NCBI RefSeq assembly: GCF_026571515.1
Contig: NW_026852821.1
Span: 62,001-126,000 of the forward strand
DNA: 64,000 nt
Source: Ruditapes philippinarum
Lineage: Eukaryota
Direction of reading: 5' to 3'
The position numbers and the translations under genes were made by a program. Of this stretch, positions 1 to 12,904 are shown piece after piece (the first letter of the stretch is position 1; each line of letters starts with the position of its first letter). The notes under the pieces were generated by a model. It saw nothing but the letters and a program-made list of their open reading frames with translations, was not told where the DNA came from and searched no databases.

Positions 1-3000
1 ATTATAAAACTGTCATCAATAAAAAGCTGATTTTCAAAACTTCCGTGTCGCAAATGAGTGACAATTTCCAAGAAACATTTATTACAATTGTCATATTAAG
101 TCAGATCATATTACGACACTGTCCAATTATAACTTTAATGTATGCATAAATGTGGCACAAATAACTTCACAATTCCAACGTTATCTTTGTCAGATGGCAC
201 ATTTAATCTATTGTTATGTCAAAACGATGAATAGTTTTAATACGGAAAAGCAACACACATAAATTATATATTTAATAAAATAAAAAAATATTAGTCACCA
301 AGAAAATTTTGCGTGTTTTACTCCTAAGGTTAAATGACATATATTAGGACATAGATAAAATTAATCGGTAGTCTGATATCGTGAAGGCAGACCTCATTGT
401 TCGTTGAAACGATTTGTCTAATAAATATCTTCAACTCATAATAATATTGTCCTTTACTTATTTGTTATTTAGAAATGCATGTATTTTAAGTTTATATATC
501 GTTGTCTGTGTTTGTTTTGTTTGATGACATACCAACACATTTCAAGTCATATGGCGCCGAAACAGCTTCAGTGTCAATATTTACTGACATTTATTGCTGA
601 TACTGCTTCTCTATAGACATAGTGCTTGCCAATACTTAACTCAGAGTTCAACAACAAATTCTTGCATATAATGATATTTTGTAGGAGTGTTATCAATTTT
701 TTTTTTGATAAATGCAAATTAAATTTGATTATAAAAATGCTGAATATGTCAACAATGTTGGCAACGGAAGAGAATAACATATAAATATTATTGCGAATTA
801 TAAATTCTTTAAAAAAACACAACAAACTAACAAACAAGTAATGTCCATTCTTTCTTGAACAACTGTATGATACATGTACATAATTTACAAGTTTATGTTG
901 ACACCAAAACTTAACATATAAAACTTGATATGATATGAATCATTTGCTATTTAATTAAATTCTAAAATTATATTTGTAATGCCTACGTTGTATGCATTGT
1001 TTATCATCCTGCCAATCAATTATCAAATTTAATGCATTACTTCTAAGTGCATGTAACATAATTTACTATCGAACCTGTCATGTCGGATGATGGCTAATTC
1101 AGAAATTACATCTGTACGTAAAATTTGAGTGTCATTGTACATAAAAATACTAAAATACTCAACTGTAATAAAAGTAAAAATATGTCTGATGATATATTAA
1201 TATATATTATGTTTTATTGTCACCATAAATGCATTCAGCTTTCAAAAACCCAAAGGGCCAAATGCCCTTATGTGTAGAAAATACTATCCTAATTGAAATT
1301 ATGATTATGAAAATAAGTCAATTGCATATATGCGAACAGGATAAATGTATAGGTCAAGGAAACATTTTCATGGAAAATAATTGAAACTTTCCCTTGCTAT
1401 TCAACTATAAAAATGTCACGCCATATCAGCGCAGTAAGGCCTCCACTATTCAGCTATGCATGGAAATGAATACACACGTTTTAAAGAAAGTGGTTTGGCA
1501 CACACAGAAATATTGACTACGCTTGAATAATCAAATTCTATAAAGGATTTAAAAATAAAATGTATGCGACTAACAGAAGTTACTGTTACTTTTTCTTGAG
1601 CTTTGTTTAGTTACTGGTAGATATTTGTTAATATTCACCAAACGTAATGAGAAAAATACCATTTCATTATCAGCGAAGTTTTATAGAAAACTCTAGACAT
1701 AAAAGTCAAAGCATCAACATTATGATTTCAATTGATTTGTATCTCAAAAGCATAATTGTAGGTGTTGCGATTAGTTTGGTATTCTGCAGTGAGGTTATAG
1801 TGATTACTAATTATCAAAATATTCAAGTTATATGTTTACGTTTATAAGCAGACATTTCCAGAATGTCTAGCGATGTCAAATAAATGTGGCAATGTGCCTA
1901 TTTAAGAATATATAAAGAGTAAACAGGTGAAGGTCAAAATAGTTTACATTTTCCCATAATTCCTTTTAATTTTATGATTTATTCTGCATGAACGATACAT
2001 ATCTTTAATGGCACAAGGTAGTGTGTGTACATATCCCTCTCAATTTACAGATGCTGTTCAATTTATAAATAGAATAGAGGTAGTTTTTAATATTATATAT
2101 CGTACATATTTATATTTTATCCTAAACATTTGCCAATATCAACTGTCGGTCAATCAATCATTATAACAGCCGATCTTTTGCAATATTTAGTCAATTGATG
2201 GAAACATAAACAAAATGTCACTTGAAAATTAAATAATATAGTCTTATTAAATAAGATCATATTACTTCAGACCCAAGGTAAACATCATTTCTCTGACACT
2301 AACTCAACAAATCCAATTTAATCTTTTTAAGACGTTTTGCTAAATTCATTGAAATGTCATAAAAAGTGATAAATTGTCTAAAAAGAAATTATAACACACA
2401 ACGTTTGCAAAGTATACTTGATAATTTTATGAATGTTAACGGCATTTTAGTTTGAAACCTTACACTCGTATATTGTATTAAAGGGGACACAATTACGGTT
2501 ATAAAATGTACATTAGTTCGTTTAGGTATTAGTAAAGACTAAATTTACGCGGAAATAGCTGTTTTACTTAATAATGACATATTTTCTTCGCAATGTTAAT
2601 TAAGTCCATGTATATGACATATATACATATTTGAGGAAAAAGTGCCTATCAAATATGGGGGTTGTATTCGTTAAGTGCCGCCTTTCCTTGTTGATCTTGT
2701 TTCTTTTATATTTTAATAAGCTTTTTAGTTTGGTCTACTGTAAATAATCTTAACATTTCTAGGGAACATTTTAATGAAATCAATATGATCGGGTATTCCT
2801 AATATCATTAGTATACCCACTTGCAAACACAACTGATTTGTCAAACATTTCCATCACTTGATATTTATTTACCAAATAACTTTATCTAGGAGCAATGGTG
2901 ATCATCTTCAATACCAATACTTACTGACGTTTATAGCTAATACTGCCTATCAGCAGACGTGATTCTTGCCGATACTTCATTCAAATTTTTTTTTTCCTAT

Positions 3001-3215
3001 TTCTACTAGTTGTATGATTATTTGTACCGGAGTATAAGCTGTAACTGAATATTAAAATTCGATCACATACACGTTGTATATGTAACCATTCAGGCAATGG
3101 GAATGATTATTTTTGTATTTATTAATGAAATTAAAAACAAAATTTGGTATACCTAATTCAGCAGACAACTTGCATTTCCTATATTTTATTTTAAGGTGCC
3201 CGCACTTTTGTAAAA

Positions 3216-3402
3216 GGGAGCGGTGGCCTAGTAGGTAAGGTATCTGCAACTTACCCAGTGATCATGGGTTGGGGCCCTTATCTGGTCACGACCATGTTTC
3301 TTCATATGACACCAGAAGTGGTTGGTTCGAGAAAAGTGATTAATCTATGTTGTAAGAACATGTTCTACAGTCGAGCTTTAATAAATAGGTTTAAACCAAA
3401 CC
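3216..3402 (+). mobile_element. tRNA-headed SINE of a second family (diverged)
   Basis: A-box-like GGTGGCCTAGTAGG, decayed B box, body 'cacgaccatgtttcttcatatgacaccag', A-rich tail. Related reverse copies lie at ~22.1 and ~31.3 kb. Confidence 0.65.
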
Positions 3403-6400
3403 ACAATTTTAATGTTAAATTTTAAACATGCAATTTATTCCGTTCAACGTTAAAATGCGTTATATTTCATTTAGCATTATTGAACTTTCGTTCAATATAT
3501 GGTAGCCTTTTAACTAGGTACAAATGTACGTCTATTTTTAAACGTTTTTGACTTGTCTGTTAAAATAACGGAAACAATGTATCTGGTTATGTAACATTTT
3601 TATCTAATTGTTGTCAAAGATGCTTTTAACATACAAGGACTCGAAGGACATAAGATCGCACTTAATATACAAGTGTTTTTATAGAAAATATTATGTTGAA
3701 TTAGCGATATCTATTAGATTATCATGAAAAAATTCAATTACCTATATAGGGAAAGTAGGAAAGGTCAAGAGTGAAGGAAAATAGAAAAAAATAAAGTTTC
3801 ATTTTAAAAGGAAAGGCTTGCACAGTTGTGCCTTCATCCCAACCCTTTAAAATCGTTTTTTTGTTTTGGTTTCAATTTCTTATCACAATTTTTTTGAATT
3901 ACGGTATTTGTATATGATAAAGGGTTTATTTAGTTGGGTTTTTTTTTGGAAAAACGAATATTATTTGTCGAAACGATTTGAAATCTATTCTCTATTGTAT
4001 AAACTTAATAAAGAAAATGATCAATCGTAAAAATACAAACGTGGAGATCTATCTTTCATACTGAAGGTAAACAAGTGTGCACATTTCATTTCCACTTTTT
4101 CGCAGAGAAATCATTCGTTTGCTTTATAGACAAGTAAATGCACTAAAATACTTCGTTACGTGGTACCAATTAATAAGCTGCTTAGCATGTATCAACAGCA
4201 CGTGGCAAGGTTAATGATATGCATGGGCTATTTTTTGATTACCTCACCAAGAAGTTGAATTGCGTTCAGTAGATCTAAATATAACTCGATCATGCGTGAT
4301 TAGGTAAGCAGGACCACCCTTTGAAGACGGAATACTACTACAGTCACCATTCTCTATTGTATAAAACTAATACAGACAAAAAACAATTATAAAAGAAACT
4401 AACTTTTGCGTCTTGAAAAACAATTGAAACGGAACAATTTCGTTTATAATTTATTACGGTTTAAACCGATAAATCAAGTAAAAATAGAAATCCTATTTAT
4501 ATAAACAAACTTGGATTACCGAAGTGACTAAAATAGCTTAGATTTCCGTAATATTACTTCGTCTGATTCCGCAGTATGACGGAATCGCACGAATTGTCAC
4601 GATTGCAATCGGAACTACATCGGCTATTATCATTAATCCGAAGAGTGACGGAAAAGGCCGAAAACATGCGATTGGCACGATTGCAGCTGGTTTCCCGTTC
4701 AATCATGCACTAACAATTGGAAACAGGAAACCACCTTACCGGAACAAGTTATTCAAAACGAATGGCTGCAAGCCAAAAACTGATACATACATTTCAATGC
4801 TAACATGTACAGCCTCGAACAACATTACTAGAAAGTCACAAATTGTGTTTTCTTGTCCCAAACGTTTAGGAATAAACAGTCATTATGCAATTCGATAGGG
4901 TGAATTCATCAAAAGCATTTCCATGAGTTTTGGTGATTTATTGTTTTCTAAGATGTTAATTATATTGGAATGATGAATGTAAAATAGCAATATACACAAA
5001 TGATGGTTCGACCGGAAAAGTTAACTTCAAATCAATATTCATCACAATCGGATAATGATAATAGGCTACCTGATAGGTAAAAGTTATAAATTTGGTTTTA
5101 TATTTAAGTTCAATATACATGTATATATATATAGAAAACTTAAAGACAAATGTGCATACAATAAAAAAATAATTTAATGGCACGTGTTCCTAAAATGTGC
5201 ATACATTATTAATAATAACTTAAAATAAAAGACATTGATATGTAAAAATGCACTTAAAGAGGTAAGCGATATCGTTTTCTCACTTGCATATACATCAGGT
5301 ATTGAAATAAAGACAAAAAGTAATGTAAAATAGTAACGACTTGCTTTTTAAAGATACACCTGTTTGTCTGCTATCCATTAAGGAATATATTTAGCATGAA
5401 CGCAGAACATCAAATAATTGTTTTACATGTACGACTGTCCTGGGAATTACATACAGGAACTAGATACATGTAACAAAAACAGTTATCAACAGGATGTTTG
5501 AGGGCAAGTAATAATTTTAACCTATTGATGAAAATTAAAGTTACCTCTCAACGTACAAAACGTTGGTTCTACGCCCGTAAGGTTCACTAAATTATATCCT
5601 CATAGGATCATTAAACGTTGAGGATTTAAGAGTACTATTCCCCGACTAAACATTTTTTTCTGAAAAATTATATTCATTCCATAAACCAATATTATGCAAA
5701 AGTACCAATATGCCCAATTTTACAGTCACTATGCAATAACACGTGCTTTGCATATATGCAAATGTTTGAAAAACATTCGGTCTGTCCGATATATTGATAA
5801 TTTAACCTTTTGTCATGCGAAAGCCATCTTATATGATTGCAGTTGACCTATATTTGTAACATACAAAAACTCAACCACAAATCATATTAATAACAAAGCG
5901 CCAAAGGCCAATTAATTAGTATCATTGAAAATACATTCGTATTGATTTCATTTTCTATTTTTTTATATATTACATGAAACAATTATAACGTTTTACAAAC
6001 AATGAAATTGCGCTTTAGTTTCACATTCTAATAAAATACTAAATATTATCAATGCATTGCGGCAGTGCACGGTCAAACCTGAATTAATTAGTTGCTCATG
6101 AAATTGCATAAAGCATACTGGTCTTTTCTGTTATTCTGTAAATAGGGTAAATAGGAAAAAAAATGGATTGACGTTTGACTGAAACAAATAAACTACTAAA
6201 ATCAACAGCTTATCAACAAATAAATGAACAAATAAATGAATAGATTAATAAAAACAATAAATTTATAAATAATAAATAACAAGTAAAGAAAAATAAAAAC
6301 AAAGCTCTTAAACTTATAAAAGAACGATTAAGCTAAATTGAATAAAATAATGCAGCTAAACCACATCATATAGATACAGTCACATGTTGTTTGACTACGA

Positions 6401-7424
6401 ACGTTCTTGAAAGTCATTGTTTGCTTTCTCCTAAAACGATACACATTTAATTAAATGTTAAATAAACATGCTTTTGGAGAGAAAAAAACACAATGTTTTG
6501 CTGCAAAGAATGTTCAGCTTTATAATCCATTGTACACCAAAACTGTCTCTTTTTTTATTTTGAGGAAGCTTTTCAATTTGTTGTTCTGCTAGAAATCCTA
6601 AAAAGTTACCCATTTGCAAATTATTACCTGAACCATCTTTTGCATAATTATGTTGCTTGATTGGTATATATATAGTTAGGTTAAATCAGTATTTTGTCAA
6701 AATACTACTTTGTTTACATTTTGTTCATTTTATAACAAATAATTTTACATTCAGCGCTACTTGTTTCGGTAAAAACATATAACATACTCATTATCATTCT
6801 TTAAACGTAATCAAGCTTATGTTTACTATTTCTGAAGAATGAAGGAAAATGCATTCGTTTCTGAGGCATAATATGTCTTTTATTACCTGTTTATAAACCT
6901 ATTTTCAGATAGTTACATCACATCCTTTTTTGCGGATTTCTTTCATCACAGAAAAAAAACTAGCATAAAATTTACATTGGTTGTTTGCTTTTTAGCTTGT
7001 CTTTCCTTCTCCCAACAAAAACAATTAAGTATTGTTTAGACTTTTTGTTGGTTACCAGACAGACATATAAAAATGAGAAAAACACATGTAGTCTCAAAAA
7101 AGATGTGCAAGCAAAATGTATTTAGCACCACAATTCAACAACATGGATTTATTTTCTGTGAGCCCTGGCTTCATACTTTTATTTATTATCTTGGTGTATG
7201 CTTTTCTGCACCTTTGTTGTTTGAGGAAGCAGGAAGTTATTAATTGATTTTTTTATCTTCATTATTTTCTTTGTTTTCCATTACTAAATTATTCTTTGCA
7301 GGTTCTAATGAACGTTATACCTCTTAAATGCACGTTAATAGATACTAAAACTTTAATCGCTATAAATGTTATATGCAACATTACTTCTTAGAAATTTCAT
7401 AATGCAACACTCAGGCATTTGCAA

Positions 7425-7600
7425 CATTGTTTCAATTCATGCAATTGTGCTGACACTGTAAAGGCCAAAATGGCGACTAACCAGCGTTACTGATGAAAGA
7501 TGACATCAGGTGCTTCTTATTAAATTATACCAGGCACAAATGAATACCTTAGTAAAAACAACGACCCCCCATTAGCTTGATGGATAGCATCCTCACATTG
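7425..7600 (-). mobile_element. Diverged minus-strand copy of the 58.7-kb SINE body
   Basis: Reverse complement reads tgtgaggatgctatcc...gtgcctgg...gcacctgatgtc...catcagtaacgctggttagtcgccat, matching 58796-58945. Confidence 0.75.
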
Positions 7601-7783
7601 ATTTTTATAAATCTTATTATATTCAACATGTTCTTGGTTTATGTTTGAATTTAAAATAAATGCATGTGGTTGTTTCATCGATTGTTATGTCCTTCTTACA
7701 CTGTAAAATCATATGACGACTAAGCAGATGCTTTTAATTTGAAGAAGGATAATTTCATCGGCTAATTTTCCGCCATTTCAAAT

Positions 7784-7951
7784 AACAGTTCATTTATATT
7801 CACAATTGTAGTTCTAACCTAGTAAATGCGTATTTTTATGTGTTTTAAAATGTTTATTCTATTTGCAACAGTTCATTTATATTCATGAGTTTTGTTCTTG
7901 CCCACTAAATACGTATCTCTATGTGTCTGAAAATGTTTATTCTATTTGCAA
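7784..7951 (+). repeat. Tandem duplication, 2 x ~84 bp
   Basis: aacagttcatttatattca...aaaatgtttattctatttgcaa occurs twice. Confidence 0.85.
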
Positions 7952-8029
7952 GTGTGGTATTTTAAGATGTTGTTTATATTGGCTTGTTTAATATGGTCCA
8001 CAAAATTTACTAAATTTCCTTAATGCAAG

Positions 8030-8490
8030 CACTATTAAGTGTTTAGAATTGAGTACCGCTCAAGCCTGTGCTAGGGGGCGTGAGGTAAGTTGCACGTATT
8101 CATTATCAATTTTGTACAGACTCAATCAAACCAAGTCTGCAATTCTCTTGTAATTTTGTTGTGATTAATGCTTCCGAGGGATCACGTTGTTTCCAGATTT
8201 TTATACTTTACAACAACAGGTGTCAAGTGCTGTGTGGCAGCTGTAAAAAGTTGCTCGTACTTCACTTTAGTGTTGTTTTATTTTTCTGGTCCTCCGGAAT
8301 CATTGATGCCATCACTATTAAGTGTTGAGAATTGAGAACCGCTCAAGCCGGTGCTATGGGGCGTGAGGGATGTTGCACGTATTTATTATCCCTCATGTAC
8401 AGACTCAATCAAACCGAGTCTGCAATTCTCTTGTAATTTTGTTGTGATTAACACTTCCGAGAGATCACTTTGTTTCCAGATTTTTTTACT
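8030..8490 (+). repeat. Direct repeat, 2 x ~178 bp (8030-8208, 8314-8490)
   Basis: cactattaagtgtt...tacagactcaatcaaacc...gtttccagattttt occurs twice. Confidence 0.9.
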
Positions 8491-9874
8491 AAGACTGTCT
8501 GTAAAATATTCTCACAAGCTGATAATATTCTGACATTGAACATCCTGTAGAGTTGTTGAAAATTCTTATTTATTTTGGCATAACAATAAGCGCATAAGTA
8601 CATTGTCGTCACGTGTATAAATTGTGAGAGCCAAAATTAATTTTGATATGTGTCAGTGTATCTAAGATATGCTTGCACCAGGAACGAAGAAAGTGCAATC
8701 AACTCTTCACAAATATTTGCTTAAAAAGTAAAATGCGCTTCATGTTTTGATTGTTTAGCAAGCCGTACGTTAACTTACAATGCACTTAGCCACACATATG
8801 TACTTGCCATAAGTACACATCGGACCTTTTGTTAGGTAAAGGGATAGGGACCTTAAACCAATGAAATACATATTAATTTTATAAAGGAATCGTGCTTGCA
8901 TTAATTGTGTGTTTTAAAACATTTGAATACAGGCATCTGAACTGCTTTGACAAAGAGGTCACTGAAACAAAATCAGGAACTTAATTGATAATTTAAACGG
9001 CAAGTCATATTTTTAATAACTTGTGTGACATAATTCACCTTTTCCATTGTAATTCATATTATGGAAACAAACGGCATAAATGGCCTTTCTTTAGCTGTTG
9101 AAGAGACATAATACGGCGCATTAAAAAAAGGACGATTTGATGCAGTCAGTAAAGTTTATAGCTATTAACGTTTCTTTTTTTTTAAAATAACATCTTGCAC
9201 TGGCTTTCCTTTCATTGTATTAAACATATGCCAGGATGCACTTCAAAATAGTACTAAATTATGATGTTTTTAATAAATGCGTGTTTTTAACTTTTATAAA
9301 ATCATTAATTTGCATAAATGCACACTCATATTGTAAGTTTTATTACCACAATGAAGTTTTGTTACCTCAATGTATTCTATAAAAAAACATTTTCATTGTA
9401 TGCATCTCATTTTTTACGGCGTTTATATTCTGCGATAACGCAATCACTTCTTAAAATAAGTAAGTAAACGAAATAAAACGTTCATGCGTTCAAGCACAGT
9501 TGGATACGAACCACTTATATATCATAATATCAACTTATCATGATTTTAACAACGATTTAATGTAATTTTATAACTTTAGCATAAGTAGGCTCATTTATTG
9601 CTGCAAAAAGTGCATCATATTAAACATTTGTCAAGTGTAAATTAGATTCTCTATAATCATTTAATAATGTTTTTTGTAAATCAAAAATAAAAACATTATC
9701 TTGAGTAAAACATCATGCTTATATTATTATATAATACAGAATGAGGTCTAAAACCACGTTATTAATTCTACCTAGTGGTTTGTAACCTTTTTATAAGAAT
9801 ACGCCATTTTTTTCACTCTAAAGCTGCCATTGGAAAGTTTTGCAAACAATTTTGCGATAACGGAAGACATTTAT

Positions 9875-10170
9875 GAATGATGAAAAGTCTTAGGAAAAAT
9901 AGTGAATAGTCAAAAGTACGATCATGGTGAAAAGTTGAAATTATTATGAAACAACGAAGGTGAAAACTCGCTATTAGTAAGTCGAAATTACGAAACACCA
10001 ACCACGATAATGAAAAGTCGAAAGAAAGTACGAGAGCGAAAACACGAAATTATATCGGTTTCATTATTTCAAATTTTTACCAACGTCGTTTCGTTATTTC
10101 GACATTTCATCATCGTAATGTTGTATTTCGAATTATGTGTGTGTCGCGATGGCTCTTACGGGGCACCGTA
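9875..10170. repeat. Repeat with ~20-bp subunits (cgatggtgaaaagtcgaaa-like) in direct then inverted orientation; probable MITE/satellite-like element
   Basis: Recurring 'tgaaaagtcgaaa' and 'acgaaa' at 9875-10050, with inverted 'tttcgacatttcatcatcgt' at 10090-10120. Confidence 0.55.
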
Positions 10171-11129
10171 ATATCTTCATATCATTTGAGACTGGCATAT
10201 TTTATCAGGTAGATTATATAGGACAAAAGTTGTGTCTTTGGACATAAAAACATATTTAGCTTTAGTTATACCTTTTGACGGGAATTCGATTGTTGCATCA
10301 GTACATTAGGTTTTTTTTGTTTGTTTGTTTCTGCTATGACGTATTTTGTATGACCAATTTCAAGTACACCATCTGGACCGATTTGTCATGTCCCTATTGA
10401 CGTCAATGTTGTTCCTCCATTAATAAGCCATGTAATTTGCCACGTGTAAACTGCTTTATTATTGTATATACACTTTGATATCATCTCCAATAACGTGTTC
10501 GAAATTTCAGCATTTAAGTGATCTAACCACTACCAACATATGTCGATCATTTACAAAATATCATTCTTTGATTTGTTTTTACATGTTATTAAAATTGTTG
10601 ATAAGTCAAAAAATAGCTGTTATAGCAATTATGAAGGTTTAGATAACAATCAGATATTACCACATTTACTTTAGTTTAATTTTCTTTACGTAAAGCGTGA
10701 TGTCATTGACGTGGTATAAAAGGATTAATGTGTATAAAATCTCGAAGTTTGGAAAATTTCGGAGGCTCGTATGAGTATAACAAAAACACACACATAGTGT
10801 ATATTCAAAGAGAAGTGTCAATTTTTTTACAAAGCAGTAATTTAACAATGTCACACTTTTGATTTTTTTTTCTATTAATCAAAAACCACGGAAATGATAT
10901 CCTGGAAGAGAGCTAAGTAAAATCAACTATGCTCAACTGACGCAAACATTATCAGCAAATATGTTTTTTCCACGTATTAATAAGGGTCGCATTGTTTCCT
11001 TAAAAGTATGCTTCTTTAAAATTCAACTGCTACGCATCCAGCGACCCAATTATCACGTTTACATATGAAAATGCATGACTTGCAGAAATGTTACTAATGA
11101 TTTATCTCAAACTATTCCACGGTGCAAAA

Positions 11130-11175
11130 ATGAACATCAGTTATTTGACATATCTATCAAATAACTGATGTTCAT
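11130..11175. repeat. Perfect 19-bp inverted repeat with 8-nt loop
   Basis: ATGAACATCAGTTATTTGA-catatcta-TCAAATAACTGATGTTCAT. Confidence 0.9.
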
Positions 11176-11987
11176 CTTCGTCTTGTTAATCTGTTATTGT
11201 ATCATTGATGTAAAACTGCAAATTGAACATCTTGTTTATGAATAAAACCTTTGACTTTTGAAACACAATCATGTTTGTGAAACATTGTTGTGACATACAT
11301 GTTTATAATTTACGCACTGCGGTTTAATGATTGTCTTACAGTAAACATCGTACGTTAAATATTTCCTTCATGTTGGTAATATGAATCCTAAACACGTTAG
11401 TTTATAATGTGAACCACAAGCTTACTTGCAATTACAATGAAGTGGCAAACTGTTATCCTATATAACAAATGTATTTACGATTAAATATGCTTATGAGAAA
11501 GGCAATGCATTAATATATTTGCCCAAAGGAAATACTATTTCCGTCTGTCCTTCCCGCTAATGATGTTTATGTTGACAATAGCAGAAATGAGATAAACACG
11601 TGCCAAAATAAAGCGATAACAATATTTCTTAATTACGAAATATGTCAAATGCAAAAGCCAATTTGTTGCTATATCAACGCCATGCCAGGCTTATATCCGG
11701 GTGTCCTGTGCATCATACAAATAACAAACCAAAAATAATACAAATTGTGTTTTCCGCGAGAAAAGTAATTTTGAAAAGTAGTCCGGTGTATACACATGAG
11801 CTTTAGGTAGCTCGCATTTATCCATTGCGGAATAATAATAAGTCATTACGGAGTTCTAATTTGCGTCGTATATGAATGTCTGTTAGAGACGCTACCAATA
11901 ATACGGCTTAATGAGCGCAAGACATTAAAGGATTTAATTAAATTAATGTGCAATAAATTTACTAATACATAGATGAAATGGTCATTC

Positions 11988-12213
11988 TGGATATTTCTCG
12001 CCAGCTAATATGTGTTATTTCTATCAAAATCCATTCAAAAATAAATACAATAGTGTAAAAAAGTGGATATTTCTCGCCAGCTTAGATGTGTTATGTCTAT
12101 CAAGATGCATTAATCAGTAAATACAATAGGGCAAAAAAAAACTGGATATTTCATCCCAGCTTGGTTTTATTGTGTCTAGTATTTTATCGCACACTCAGAC
12201 TGGTGAATACAAT
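11988..12213 (+). repeat. Tandem repeat, ~3 x 76-79 bp, upstream of exon A
   Basis: tggatatttc(tcg)ccagct...aatacaat starting at 11988, 12064 and 12143. Confidence 0.85.
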
Positions 12214-12495
12214 GATGTTATAAAATAAGTGATTTGAAATGATGCTATAATAAGATAAGATACAAATGTATAAATATATATGGATAGAATTAACAATAAA
12301 AAATAAACTATTACTTAAACGAGATCAAACTTGATTAATTGAAACATACCTGATAAATTTGTCTTCGAAAAGGCTATTAGTATTTGAAAAACGTTTCCAC
12401 AAAGTGGACGATTATTATCCGACAATACGGGAAATGTTAAGGAGTAATTGAAAACAGTGATAAAATACAAACCTTAAAAGATGCATTTGTAAAAA

Positions 12496-12904
12496 ATGGC
12501 AGAAAATTTGACATATATTGCGGAAGTTGAAAAGAATTCAGATATCCAATCTTTATTTTATGTTAATATGAGCAACGGTTCGGAGCTTTTGTCAAATGAA
12601 ACTCTTAATACACATGCTGTCGTGGAAATGAAATTCAAATCACCGCCTTTGAAACTAGAAGATATTATCACTTTACCCTTTTACACTTTGATATTCTTGT
12701 TGTCTATTGTTGGAAATTTACTGGTCATAATTACTCTGATTCAAAACAAGCGAATGCGAACCGTGACAAATGTGTTTCTTTTGAACCTGTCCATAAGTGA
12801 TTTGCTGTTGGCCGTATTCTGTATGCCATTTACCATCGTGCCAGTCATGTTGAAGAATTTTATATTTGGAGCAACGATTTGTATACTGATTCGGTACTTG
12901 CAAA
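12496..12904 (+). CDS. CCK/gastrin/sulfakinin-receptor-like GPCR, first coding exon copy A (N-terminus, TM1, TM2, ECL1, start of TM3)
   Basis: ORF contains TM1 'LIFLLSIVGNLLVIITL', ICL1 'QNKRMRTVTNVFLLNL', TM2 'SDLLLAVFCMPFT' and 'NFIFGATIC' (C3.25), motifs typical of CCK receptors. There is an in-frame stop just upstream of the ATG and N-glycosylation sequons in the N-terminus. Similarity ends at CAA A|GTAAGA (donor GT at 12905, phase 1). Confidence 0.9.

Noticed and set aside
11988-12213. CRISPR-like repeat/spacer pattern
   Set aside because: Eukaryotic context, the 'spacers' are themselves similar, and there are no cas genes. It is a simple tandem repeat.
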